A stretch of DNA of 64,000 nt from Eledone cirrhosa. Its lineage: Eukaryota. This document shows positions 28,238-48,029 of the stretch, piece after piece (positions within the stretch are counted from its first letter, which is position 1; the number at the start of each line of letters is the position of its first letter). Location: positions 34,286,001 through 34,350,000 of the forward strand of contig OZ024753.1 in assembly GCA_964016885.1 (NCBI GenBank). Reading direction: 5' to 3'. Under the pieces are notes generated by a model. That model saw only the letters and a program-made list of their open reading frames with translations. It ran no database searches and was not told the origin of the DNA. Position numbers and translations under genes: made by a program.

Positions 28238-28678
28238 AACCAGTAAGACCCCGACGGCTGAGCTCAAGCCGTTTCGACGGCTAATTCTGGACTAAATGAA
28301 AATTTATCCTGGTATTTAAATAGCCGAGCTTCTCAAGGGGTAATTCCATATATGGTCAAAGTGATTGTCACAAGGATTGGTCACAAGTTAGTAGTAATTC
28401 TGTGATGGCAAATTAGTGGGGGAAGGGGTAGCTAAACCTGCCAGTAGGAGAAAAAGGGGAGGGGGTGGAGTAGACCCATTCATGCGTTGGTGGTACCGGC
28501 TACAGCTGGGCGTGAGGTCAAAGAAGATACTAGGGAGAGGGAGGAAGTCGAAACGGTAAGTAGAACAAAGTTATATAAGGAAAATCTTTTAAGAATATTT
28601 ATTTATTTACTTTATCGGTTCCACAGTTCTTATGATTTTCAAAAGTAAAATTGAGATGGAGTGTTTGTGTTTCTGTTT

Positions 28679-28683
<5 letters not shown>
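28235..28683 (-). mobile_element. Penelope-like pLTR cassette, family B, in (TA)n
   Basis: Flanked by (TA)n; contains an HHR; homologous to 44641-44822, 48755-48968 and 50882-51031. Confidence 0.65.
28248..28341 (-). ncRNA. Type I hammerhead ribozyme, U3:A8 core variant
   Basis: - strand: ACCCC-UUGAGAA-GcuCGGCUA(37 nt)UAGCCGuC-GAA-ACGGCU(ugagcuc)AGCCGU-C/GGGGU; GUC triplet; predicted cut between 28253 and 28252. Confidence 0.78.
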
Positions 28684-28722
<39 letters not shown>

Positions 28723-28747
28723 ATTTTGATAAATCTGTTTCTTGTAG

Positions 28748-28982
28748 GAACATCATTTAAAAGCTCACCAATTCACTCATACTGGCCTACAACCATTCAT
28801 ATGTCCGATATGTCGCCGAGCATTTAATCAGAAGGCCAATATGCAGCGGCATTTGCTTATACATAATGCTGAAAGAGCTTTTCGCTGTTTTACATGTTCC
28901 AAAACATTTACTCAACCACAAACCCTCAAAGCCCACATGGTTGTACATGCTGATTCAAAACCTTACCGTTGTAACCTCTGCT
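28748..28982 (+). CDS. ZNF710: ZNF366/ZNF710-like gene, coding exon 2 (end of finger 7, fingers 8-9, start of finger 10)
   Basis: cttgtag|GAACATCAT..; EHHLKAHQFTHTGLQPFICPICRRAFNQKANMQRHLLIH..PYRCNLC completes finger 7 in phase 0; donor T|gtaagt (phase 1). Confidence 0.93.
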
Positions 28983-29053
28983 GTAAGTATTTTAGTATTT
29001 CACTGTATTATGAGGGAGAAACATTCTATTTCTCCATTTTGAAAATATATATA

Positions 29054-29154
29054 CAGGATGTTTCCCAAAAATGTATACACACTTCAACAACATTTTAATA
29101 AATATTGCCTGTACAGGTAATCAAAGTATGTATGCATTTTTTGGGGACAGCCTG
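29054..29154. mobile_element. 101-bp Tc1/mariner-type MITE
   Basis: TA|CAGGATGTTTCCCAAAAATGTATACA...TGTATGCATTTTTTGGGGACAGCCTG|TA, imperfect TIRs. Confidence 0.6.
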
Positions 29155-29782
29155 TATATTTATGTATGTATACACACACACATATCTCTCTCTCTCTAAT
29201 ATATATATTTATATATATATATATATATGAAACTAAACATAACTACCACACTAAGGACAGTTATTTAATTAAGTAATGGAGAAAAAAAATAATATCTGAA
29301 TGTAAACAGGGTAATGTTTGAAAGATTTTTTAGTGTTTTCTTGTCCATTTTGCATACATTTTGTTAAAGTTAACTTTGTATAGAATAGTTCTAAAAAAGG
29401 AAGTGGTATATGATTTGATGTCATATGTATTTCTATAGCAAAATATCTTTCTTACTGCTAACCATTCAAGAGAATGGTATCTAATTTATAGAGAATGGTA
29501 TCTAATTTATAGAGAATGGTATCTAATTTATTGAATACATAGTATAGGATTAATGTTGCGGTAATGATGTTAGTTTTACAGTCCAAGGTTTGAATTTAAA
29601 TTTGAATACTTTAATAGGGGTGGTTTTGGATGAGTTGGTATTAAAAGGGTTAACCCTCTTATAATTCTAGCTTCATCATCTATTATTACTTCAGCTAAAG
29701 AGTTTGGTATTAAAAGGGTTAATTCTCTCATAATTCTAGCTTCATCTTATTAATTTGCCTTTTGTATCTATTATTATTTCAG

Positions 29783-29884
29783 CTAAAGAGTTTGGTCGAC
29801 TTCATAACCTTCAGGGTCATATGCACATGCATAACAACTCCAAGCCGTTCGTATGTTTCTGTGGGAGTTCCTTCACACTAAAAG
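29783..29884 (+). CDS. ZNF710: ZNF366/ZNF710-like gene, coding exon 3 (finger 10, start of finger 11)
   Basis: atttcag|CTAAAGAG..; (S)KEFGRLHNLQGHMHMHNNSKPFVCFCGSSFTLK; donor G|gtaaat; phases 1/1 fit both neighbours. Not in the ORF track. Confidence 0.92.
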
Positions 29885-30988
29885 GTAAATCTGTCTGTCT
29901 TTCTTTCTTCAAATTTTGAAATGTTGCTATAAAGCTCGGGATGCAATCATTGCTGAGTATATTAGGCGTGTATACAATTCATCTAGATTTGAAGGTTTTT
30001 CAATCTCTTCTCCTCTTCTTGAGAGGGTCGTGGGGGGCAGAGTCCTCAAACATTCCTTCCAAGCTCATGGATGTTGTTTGGAGTCTACCCCTGGATCTCC
30101 TACTTTTTAGTTTTGCCTGTAAAATCTGCCCAGCGATTCATTAAATGAGAGGATGTGATCGCTGGGTCATGTCTTGAATTAGGATGAAAGTAACGAAGTG
30201 AGAGGAAAGATAGGAATAAATGTGGAAAGATAAAGACTAAAAGCAAGGGAAATAACTTATGTTCACTGATCGAAGGGACATGATTAAACAAAATTACTTG
30301 ACAAATTTCAATTGAAATATATAATGTCTTCAATAAAAATAGAAAAGGGAAGAAAAAAAAAATTAAATAACGGTAGTAATGGGGAAATTAGCGACAAATT
30401 CTACACCTCAGTCTAGGAGGTAGAGCTCAACGACTCCTACTGTATCAGCGACTTGTATCACTTGAGGCTCTTTCCTCAGACGGGATGCACTTCTTCAAAT
30501 TTTACAAATACTGTTGCTCCTCATGTGGATACTGATGAGGATGTGAGAAATATTCATATCATCATCCAGTTTTTGATTATGCAGGATGCAATTAAGCCCT
30601 AAGTAGGGGTGGTTCCTGCCTGACAGTGCTCCTTAGCGTCCCACTCCATGTGTTTCTGTCCACATTTGGGCCAGACCAAGCCTAGCTTGTTCCTGACAGA
30701 TATCCTCCATCTAAGTCCTTTTTGATCTTCCTGGGCTTCTGCTGCCTCCTCGATCGACATTCATCACTTTGCTGATCCAGCCCTTTGGGAGAATCTACTG
30801 TAAGTTCCGTTTTAATGGGAGCTTACCATCTTAAAATAAACAGTTGTGTAACCTAGACTCATAGAACTAGGGGCACTTTCAGACATTTTGGTACCAAAAG
30901 GGTAAAACTGATGTTTGGAATATAATTTAATACAGGTTCTTACATAAAATTATGATTGAAGGTTTTTAGATGAATATAAACACCTTAA

Positions 30989-31403
30989 CCCTTTAGCATT
31001 TACATAACTTTATATTTACTATCCATGCTTCCCGAGATTCGCCAACACTACACCTAATGTTCCCCCTCCACACACATGCATACGTGCATATCATGACTCA
31101 TACACTGTTCACTTCCCTGACATTTGTATATTATTCTATGTACTATACATGCACCTTTGACGAGTTGTTGTGCACCTGAGCACTTTACACAATAATTTCA
31201 TTATTATTATTATTATTATATTTTCACGGTAAAGACTTTATTTCACATAATTATCTCACATAATATTAAATCCACAAGATTTTGATATTATCTATTTTGA
31301 GAACAATACCTTAACATAAGTATGAACTGCTGGTTATGGCCAGTTTGAACGGGATAAGGTGAGAGAATTCTGGCCGGATATGGCCAGTTTAAATGCTAAA
31401 GAG
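30989..31403. mobile_element. piggyBac-type MITE with an internal ~195-bp retroelement 3'-end insertion
   Basis: TTAACCCTTTAGCATTTA start; body resumes at ~31216; insert ends in (ATT)n. Confidence 0.65.
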
Positions 31404-31493
31404 TTTTGTATCATAAAAGCTGAGCCGGTTTCAGGTAACTTGGCATAAAAAGGGTTAATAATTCTATTCTCACAATTTATATTTATTTATATA

Positions 31494-31738
31494 AAACACA
31501 CACAGTCCACGCTGTAATGTGGTTGTGTAGGTAACACGGTAAAAAGTTCCCAGTTCCACACTGTAAATGTGGTTGGTGTTAGGAAGGGCATCCAGCCGTA
31601 GAAAACCTGCCAGATAGTCCTATATGAGCGAGACACGGTCACCCGACCAACCTTGCCTCAAGTAGGACAACTCCCGTCTAACTCATGCTAGCATGGAAAA
31701 TGGACGTTAAACGAAGATGATGATGATGATGATGATGA
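31494..31738 (+). mobile_element. RTE 3' UTR fragment just upstream of the last exon acceptor
   Basis: Homologous to 20930-21158. Confidence 0.8.
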
Positions 31739-31798
31739 TATATATTTATAAAATTGATTAAATAATTTTTTTATCTTTTTTTTTTTAATTATTTTCAG

Positions 31799-32391
31799 GA
31801 AATCTCAATAGACATAAGAAAGTGAAACATGGTCTTAATGAAACTACGGAAAGTATGGAGGAAGATGCTGTGAATTTTCTCACAGAGCGATGCCGTGACT
31901 CTGAAGGTGACAAAGACTCCAGTGTTGAAAAATTAGGTGACAATGAAGGAACGTCTAGTGGTCGGAAACAACGGAAAAATACAAAGAGCGGTCAGAAAAA
32001 GCGAGCGAAGACAGCTTCGAAAGCCAGAGCATCAAAAAGTCTCTCTGCTATTGTTAGGAATTGTAGTGTTGTAGATAGCAGCGATGCTGCAGCAAATGAA
32101 CTGAAGGATGATGTTTCTACTGTAGCTTTGATGACTGTTGATGACTTGGTGCCTACTGTAGCCAGTATTTCTACTGCTAACTGCAGCAGCAGCAACAACA
32201 ACAACAACAACAGCAACAACAACAACAACAACAGCAACAACAACAGCAACAACAACAGCAACAGCAACATCAACAACAACAGCAGCAACCTCATCACTGA
32301 CAACAACAGTAACAGCGACATTACTTGCAGTGTGAGTGTCGTTAGCGGCGTCAACAACATGAACAACAACAGCAACAACAACAACAACAAC

Positions 32392-32429
<38 letters not shown>

Positions 32430-33063
32430 CAGTAGCAGTAGCAGCAACGGCAACAACTGTGCTGGCGGCAAGAGCTTTCAAGAGGAAGAGAGAGCGAGGA
32501 GAGAGGCAGAGGAGGAAGTGGAAGCTGATGACGAGGAAGAGGATGAGGATGAAGACTGTGTAGCCGATGAGGATGGTGATGGTGATGACGAAGCTGAAGA
32601 CGAGGTGGAGGAGACAGCTGCTGAAGTCGAAGTGGCCGCGCAGCAACAGTTGATAGGCGTGGCCGCCGCCGCTGCCGCTGCCGAAGCACAAGAAGAAGAA
32701 GAAGAGGAAGAGGAGGAGGAGGACGATGACAATGAAAACGAAGAAGAAGACGAGGAAGAAGAAGAAGAGGAGGAGGAGGTGGAAGAGGTGGTGGAGGAGG
32801 AGGAGAATGATGATGACGTTGATGATGGTGACAAGGCTGGAGAAGGAGGAGAAGGTGGAGGAGGAGGAGTGGGAAGAGGAGGAGGAGGAGTAGGAAGAGG
32901 AGGAGGAGGAGGAGGCAGGACTGGACAACCACCGGCCGTGCGCATGGTGAGCCCACGGGAAAATACGCAGATGGTAAGTGGAACGAAAGAATGCAAGGCC
33001 AATAGTATTGTGACTAAGTACTTCCGGAACAATTCCGACCGTCGCTCGGAGGGCAGCAGCAGC

Positions 33064-33097
<34 letters not shown>

Positions 33098-33369
33098 GCA
33101 GCAGCAGCAGCAGCAAACGTCACGACGATCTCAGGAGCAAAGTGTCGCTGATGCAGGACACCTACCTGTTCACATCTACGGACAGTGACTCCGACAGCAG
33201 CAGTGCCAGTAACAATAACACAGGCTTCTCGGATAGCGAAAAGGATGACGGGGCCAAAGATGACCACACAGATGCTGATTGGCTGCCTTCCCGCACCAAG
33301 AGACGTCGTCGCTGTCCCACAACCAGCAGGGGAGCATCGGCAACACAAACGAAGTCGAAAGAAGGTTGA
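31799..33369 (+). CDS. ZNF710: ZNF366/ZNF710-like gene, last coding exon (end of finger 11; acidic, low-complexity C-terminus)
   Basis: Polypyrimidine tract plus ttttcag|GA AAT CTC..: (G)NLNRHKKVKHG completes finger 11; frame open to TGA at 33367-33369; poly-N/S/E/G tracts. Confidence 0.9.
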
Positions 33370-33971
33370 TGTTGATATGTGATTAGGCTGTGCCCGTAAA
33401 GGTTTTTTTGGTGAAAATAAATTACTTCTTCACCCCATACACTCGGTATGTCAGTCGTTCCAAGCCTCTACAAAAAAAAAAACAAAAAAAAAAAAAAACA
33501 TCTGCTTATTTATTTTCGTCTGTCTCGCTGCCCCTAAAACCTCTTATGGCCATATATAAATTTTTTGTTTGTTTTGGGCTGCTGGTCTGACTGTGTTAAC
33601 CCCTTGCTCTGATATTATTCACTGCGTAGCTTGTCAAAATGTGATAATGAGTGGTGCTACACATACACATCATCATACACATGAATAAATACTTGTACAA
33701 ACACACACTCACAGATACACGGGCACACTCACACGCAAACACACACCTCTTACCCCACACATGCATGCTAAAGGATTTGTACATACAAATAGATGTGCAG
33801 GAACATTCCACTATGCCCACATGCATATTGTATGTGTGTGCGTGTGTAAATATATATATTTATAGTATATGTGTATATATATGTGTATATATATGTATAT
33901 ATATATGTATGTATATATATATGTATATATGTATGTATATCTATATGTATGTATATATATATGTATGTATA

Positions 33972-34851
33972 GTTGGTGCTACTGGTAACATGTATCCCAG
34001 TACAACCTGTCTCATGGTCGGGTCGTTGGCGACTAAACTGGTAACCCCACCAAGGTTTCTTGGTGAGGAGGGTGACTGGACATCCTGCAGGTCTAAAGAC
34101 AAAACCTGTCAAAGGGCAAAGGAGCTCTTAAGAGTCAATGGCCATCCAAAATCACCGGGAGAGATGACTCCTTAGCCTTTGTCAAGGCAGAATTCTAGGA
34201 GAAGGAAAACTCTGATATAACACCTGCAACCCTGATGGTATCCAATGATGTTGACTTGTTCTTCTTTTTGGTAAATATCATCTTGGTTAAGAGAGTGGGA
34301 CTGGCTTTGTGCAGTGCCTTGGCTCACTATAAAAGCTTCACGGCACAGGCATTGCTTTATATCTGGAGACCTCTCTGCACTTCTCGTCACATGGTACCAT
34401 GGGCCCAGCACTATGTGTCAATAATTGTCACAAGTGTAGTGTTTGTACCAGAGTTTTCAAGTCGCTGGCTGGACTAAAAAGTCACACTCATTCAGCGCAT
34501 CGGTAGGGGTTCTCCTACATGGATATAAAGTAGTGGCCGTACTCGAAAACGGGTTGGCAGCCACCATATATATATATATGTATATATGTATGTATGTATG
34601 TATATATATGTATGTATGTATATATATATATGTATGTATGTATATATATGTATGTATGTATATATATATGTATGTATATATATATGGGCCCAGCACTATG
34701 TATCAATAATTGTCACAAGTGTAGTGTTTGTACCAGAGTTTTCAAGTCGCTGGCTGGACTAAAAAGTCACACTCGTTCAGCGCATCGGTAGGGGTTCTCC
34801 TACATGGATATAAAGTAGTGGCCGTACTCGAAAACGGGTTGGCAGCTACCA
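33972..34851 (+). mobile_element. Internally deleted (bipartite) RTE/BovB-like element plus a duplicated 3' end (34684-34851)
   Basis: RTE 5'-UTR-like motif GGAGAAGGAAAACTCTGA; C-terminal [23 protein letters not shown] present twice. Confidence 0.55.
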
Positions 34852-42485
<7,634 letters not shown>

Positions 42486-42941
42486 AATGTGTGAGTGTAT
42501 GCACTGTAGCTAAATTATTATGTTTGTAATGTAAGATTATCAGAAACTAAATATTAGTTATTTCACATGTAAAGAAAAGGAAATGAAACTTCAACAGTCG
42601 CCAAAGTACACAGAATCTTTTGTGATAACACTAATAAAACATCAATAAAGAATTAAAAAAAAAAAAAAAAAATAATAATAATAATAAAATAATAATAAAA
42701 TAATAATAAAATAATAATTAAAAAAAAATAATAAAAAAATTGAACAAATTAGTATAAAGCAGTCTAGAAAATATCAATAGAAATTTTGAGATTTGTTACA
42801 TGGATAGCAGGGAGTTTAGTTTAATAAAAAATATGTGGAACAGCTGATTTTTTAATGATATTAAATATATATATATATATATATATTTAATATCATTAAA
42901 AAATACTATAACCTCCTCATTATATATATATATATATATAT

Positions 42942-43010
42942 AAATAATGATGAGCTTATAATATTAGCTATTCACAGAATTCTATGGCGAAAATAATATT
43001 GTAATTATTT
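42942..43010 (+). ncRNA. Degenerate hammerhead relic
   Basis: AAAUAAU-[..]GAUGA-GC..UAUGGC-GAAA-AUAAUAUUGU-A/AUUAUUU; stem I is perfect but C3U4 is missing. Confidence 0.35.
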
Positions 43011-43977
43011 CATAAGAGAAAAAAATTTCCAGCTGGAGAATATGTGTAATTCATAAATAAATTAGGAGATGTATGAAGAAAACAAAAGGAAAAATCTGAG
43101 TGAAAAATGAAATGTGAATTATATAATAGTCGAACGACAAAATCCCAGACGTCTCTCACTTAACGAGAGGTGGTGGAGCTCCTCAAATCGGATAGAGGAA
43201 ATGATGTTTCCATTGGTCTTTCCATCGCAAATCTCGGCAGCAGGAACAACGTGAAATAAAGTGTCTTGCTCAAGGACTTAACGCATCGCCTGGTCCGGGA
43301 ATCGAACTCACGATTGCGAATCTAATTCTCTAACAACTCAGCCACGCGCTTTCATGATCGATTGTTATATGAATTAAATCTTGAGGCAGCGAACTGGCAG
43401 AATCGATCGTTAGAGGCGTAGGGTTAACGATACTTTGGTATTTGTTCTGAGTTCGAATCCCACCGTGGTCAACTTGGATTTCAACCTTTCGAGGTCGATA
43501 ACTTAAATATCAATTGAATTCTTGGATCACGTCTTCTTTTAACTAACTGTATTTCTAACTCTGGAAGAAATCGGCTGTGTACCAACCTGGTGAAAGATGG
43601 GTTCTGCCAAGTTTAAAAAGCAGAAACAATTATTTAACTTGTCCCAATCATCAGATTGGGGTCACTTTGGGGCCCTACCTTCAAAGGATTTAGTCAATTA
43701 TAGTTTGGTATTCATTTTTTCGATGTCTATTTGTTGAACTGCTAATTCAGGGCTACTCACCAAAGAGTAAACGTAAATATAGATGCGGGAGACCCCCCCC
43801 CTTCCCATGTGCACACAAACACACATATACGACAGGCTCCTGTATAGTTTCCATCTACCAAATTACACCTGCAAGGTATCGGTAAAGCCAACGCTATGGT
43901 AGAAAGCGCTTGTGATGTGATCAAATTTCGAACGACGTGGTTTTGAAGCAATATTTTTCTTGTACATCTTGTACATA

Positions 43978-44158
43978 AGGTGGATTGGCAGTATCGGTAG
44001 AGGGTCGGACGCCATGCTTTCCAGCATAGTTACGTCCCTTTACGATCTGAGTTCAAATCCCGCCGAGGTTGACTTTGCCTTTCATCCTTACGGGGTCGAT
44101 AAAATAAAGTACCAGTAATGAACTGTGTAATTTCTGGCCTTGTGCCTAAAGTAGACAC
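43978..44158 (+). mobile_element. Family-1 SINE with 18-bp TSD
   Basis: ATATTTTTCTTGTACATC at 43951-43968 and 44159-44176. Confidence 0.85.
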
Positions 44159-44422
44159 ATATTTTTCTTGTACATCAGACAACCACGTTTTGAGAACATA
44201 GATAACTGTCAAGAGAAATATGTCACTGCATATTATGAGAACCATCGAGTAGCTTGAGAAAATGTATTCACGGTTCAATGCCTAAATGATTGTTACAGTC
44301 CTTTACAGCAACGTTGGAATGATTGATGCATAGAAATCTTGATATTTGATTGCAAGATTTTTACGCATTTAAGTGGTTTGGCGTTTCTGGTACATACACA
44401 TATACACACACCTGCACACACC

Positions 44423-44464
<42 letters not shown>

Positions 44465-44640
44465 GTGGGTTATATTAGAGTTTACCAATATATATCCTGG
44501 TAAAGCTGATAGAAGCTCAATGCTAATCAGTATCCTTAGTCCAGCAGTAACTCTAAAATACAAGGAAATTTCAACTTCTGTAGATTACGCTGTGTATGTG
44601 TGTAGTTGGCAGCAGCACCCCCAATTATTTATATATATAT

Positions 44641-44820
44641 AAAGAGTTAGGACCCCGACGGCTGAGCTCCGGCCGTTTCGACAGCTAGATCCGAACTAGC
44701 TGTCGAAACGGCCGGAGCTCAGCCGTCGGGGTCTTGACTCTTTTCCTATTACCCACTCTACTACCCTAAGTATCGAGTACTCTGGTGCGTTATGGTCCAC
44801 CTGGTTCCTTACCACATTTT

Positions 44821-44822
<2 letters not shown>
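44641..44822. mobile_element. Family B fold-back cassette (3' half of HHR only)
   Basis: Inverted arms 44641-44687 and 44696-44743, plus ~80-nt tail; (TA)n flanks. Confidence 0.7.
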
Positions 44823-44864
<42 letters not shown>

Positions 44865-45732
44865 GAAAGTAAAGGAAACTCCTCGATGCAGTAATATATA
44901 TTAGAAAAAAGAGAAAAAATTAGCTTCACTAGTCGTTGGTATATTTTAATAATTCAGCCACCACTGAAGTCATTCTTCTCTTTTTTCATATATATATACA
45001 TACATGTATATATACACATATATATACATAAAAGGAACGATCGACTTTCGTCAAATCGGACCGAGGAAACAATGTTTCCGTTGGTCTTTCCAGTTGCTAA
45101 TACTATCTATCGGTCGCAACTCCAGGTAGAAGGAGCAACGTGAAATAAAGTGTCTTGCTCAAGGACATAACGCATCGCCTGGTCCAGGAATCGAACTCAC
45201 AACCTTACGATTGCGAATCCAATTCTCTAACCACTCAGCCACACGCCTTCAATATACATATATATATATATACATACATACATATGTATATTTATGTGTG
45301 TGTGTACAGTTATAAACCTAAATACACTGCGGGATTAAGCAATTATATAAAAAAATATTACAATAAATATTTATTCTTATAAGACCTCTCGCACCGTTCT
45401 CTCCCTTCTCTGTCAGTTGACGCACTTGGGATACATTTTAATCTATATTTGTGTAATTCGTCTGAAGGCATAACTTGTCCTGTCTTTGTTTCTACTTGTT
45501 TTTTATGTCCCAATGTGCATTGGAATGATTGGTTGGTACGACATAATGGATCGAAGCTGTAGTGATTTCCAGAGGTTGACTGAAGAGATGGGACTGTACA
45601 ACTTTCCGTTGTCTTCGTTCAGTGTGCTCCTCATTTTCTACACACACACACACACACACACACACGTATATATATGTATATAAACACAAGTGGAAGGTTA
45701 GTAAAATCGAAGTTATTTCAGGTCGACCAAAC

Positions 45733-45770
<38 letters not shown>

Positions 45771-46466
45771 GTATATCTTTCAATGTCATTTCTTCCTGCC
45801 GTTTCGTTTTCCGCCTCATCTCCTCCAATTTCCTTCTCAGCTAGTTTTTCTATCTTTCGTCCACTTACTCTTACTTACAAGTCTACTTTCATTTTAAATT
45901 ATATAACTTGTTTAAAAAAAAAATTTCTTTGCTTTGAAAGTTCTTTCTTTTGAAAGTTCTTTCTTCCTTCATTTTTTTTTGTCTTCATTTCTGTATAATT
46001 CATTTTCTTTCAAGATATATCTTTCTTTCCTTTCGTTTTCTCATTCATTTATTCCATATTTCTCACTTACTTTGCTTTCATTCGTTTCTTTGTTCGTTTC
46101 TTCGCTCACGTTTGTATCTTTTTCTTTTCCTTTTACTTCCCTCTTTCCATTCTTCTTCTCACAACCATTCTTCTTTTTAGTTTTCTCAGGTTACATATGG
46201 CTTTTCAGAAGTGTTCCATTTTTATCAGGAAAGTCTTTTATATCAGACATTCGGAAAGAACGATTGATGAAAACGCTAAGAAGCTATTTTAGTTTGACAG
46301 AATGCTAGATGAAACGGACCTGTTAGTAAAAATACATTCCAGTTCTTTTAAAAATCCTACTACCTACCTCTATTCCATTTGTCCTCCATAAATTGACGTT
46401 TATTATTTTTATCTCTTTTTCTCATCATATCTAGTTCTAACTACCTGTATATCTGTGTTTATATAC

Positions 46467-46499
<33 letters not shown>

Positions 46500-46572
46500 C
46501 ATATACACATGTAAACATACTCATATATACATATATATACATACATATAGCTACCTGTATATCTGTGTTTAT

Positions 46573-46625
<53 letters not shown>

Positions 46626-46994
46626 CACATGTAAACATACTCATATATACATATATACATACATACATATAGCTACCTGTTTATCTCTGTGTTTATACAC
46701 ACACATATATATATACACTTCGTTTCTCTCTCTCTCGCTCTCATATATATATATATATAAGAGAGAGAGAGAGAAACGAAGTGTGTGTATATATATATAT
46801 ATATGTGTGTGTGTATAAACACAGAGATAAACAGGTAGCTATATGTATGTATGTATGTATATATGTATGTATATATGTCTTTGTTTACCTACGTTTCCCT
46901 TTTATTTCTTGTTTTTATTCCAAGACATACTTAACTAATCATGCACCTCCGATCCGAAAACAATTTTATTGTTAGTACCATAGAAACGTTGAGT

Positions 46995-47470
46995 CCTCCT
47001 TCCTCACCACCACCACGCCACTACCAATACCACCACTGCCACCACTATCCAACTCTTCTACCACCCACAATACAATCACCACCACTACCACTACCACCAC
47101 AACAACAACCACTACCAACACCACCACCACACCTACCACCACTATCCAACTCTTCTACCACAACACAATCACCACCACTACCACCACCACCACCACCACA
47201 CCTACCATCACTATCCAACTCTTCTACCACAACACAATCACCACCACCAACACCCCTACTACCACTATCCAACTCTTCTACCACAACACAATCACCACCA
47301 CTACCAACAACACCCCTACCACCACTATCCAACTCTTCTACCACAACACAATCACCACCACTACCACCACTACCACCAACACCACCACTATCCAACTCTT
47401 CTACCACAACACAATCACCACTACTGCCACTACACCACCACCACTACCACACTACACCATTACCACATTG
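46995..47470. repeat. C-rich minisatellite (CCACTATCCAACTCTTCTACCACAACACAATCACC..)
   Basis: About 6 units of ~60 bp. Confidence 0.88.
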
Positions 47471-47612
47471 TTACTATTATTATCACCATCAATTCCAAAT
47501 AATGTCTTAATACTGATAAAGCTGTCACACTGAACAAAACAAAAATGTCAACATTAAGTATTCTAGCATTATCAAACATAAACTGATTATATATATATAT
47601 ATATATATATAT

Positions 47613-47996
47613 ATGAATAAAGTTAGTCCCTCATCAGTGATCTTCCAACCATCATTGGTATTTCATCGCTTTAAAGACCATATACCTCCGGTTGGTGCGA
47701 GCAACGGCTAAAAAAAGTCGTTGGGACACGTAAATAAAGCGGGCACGAGAGTGTAAACAAACAAAGATGGTGAAGCAACGAAAAGTGAGGAAGAACGAGT
47801 CAAGTCCCAAATTTCCATGAATATAAGTTCGGTGAAATCGTGAACGAGAGAGAATAAAGACCATCAAACCTGGTTGGAATGTGAGCAAGGAAGGAATTCC
47901 GTACAGGTCTAACGGGAGGAAGAAGGAATCTAGTCTGTGAATTCGGTGAACATAAGTTCTGTGAAATCGTAGACGAGAGAGAGAAAAAAGGCGAAC

Positions 47997-47997
<1 letters not shown>
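47613..47997 (-). mobile_element. (TA)n-embedded repeat, family F, with HHR core segments
   Basis: Homologous to 61380-61730 (+). Confidence 0.6.
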
Positions 47998-48027
<30 letters not shown>

Positions 48028-48029
48028 TA

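Noticed and set aside
30525-30570. CTGATGA..GAAA hammerhead-like motif
   Set aside because: No stem II, and stem I is mismatched next to the core; lies beside a LINE 3' fragment.
31992-33348. Long antisense ORFs over the last exon
   Set aside because: Shadows of trinucleotide-repeat coding sequence.
46941-47510. Extensin/mucin-like Pro-rich ORF
   Set aside because: Minisatellite translation with no splice or protein context.
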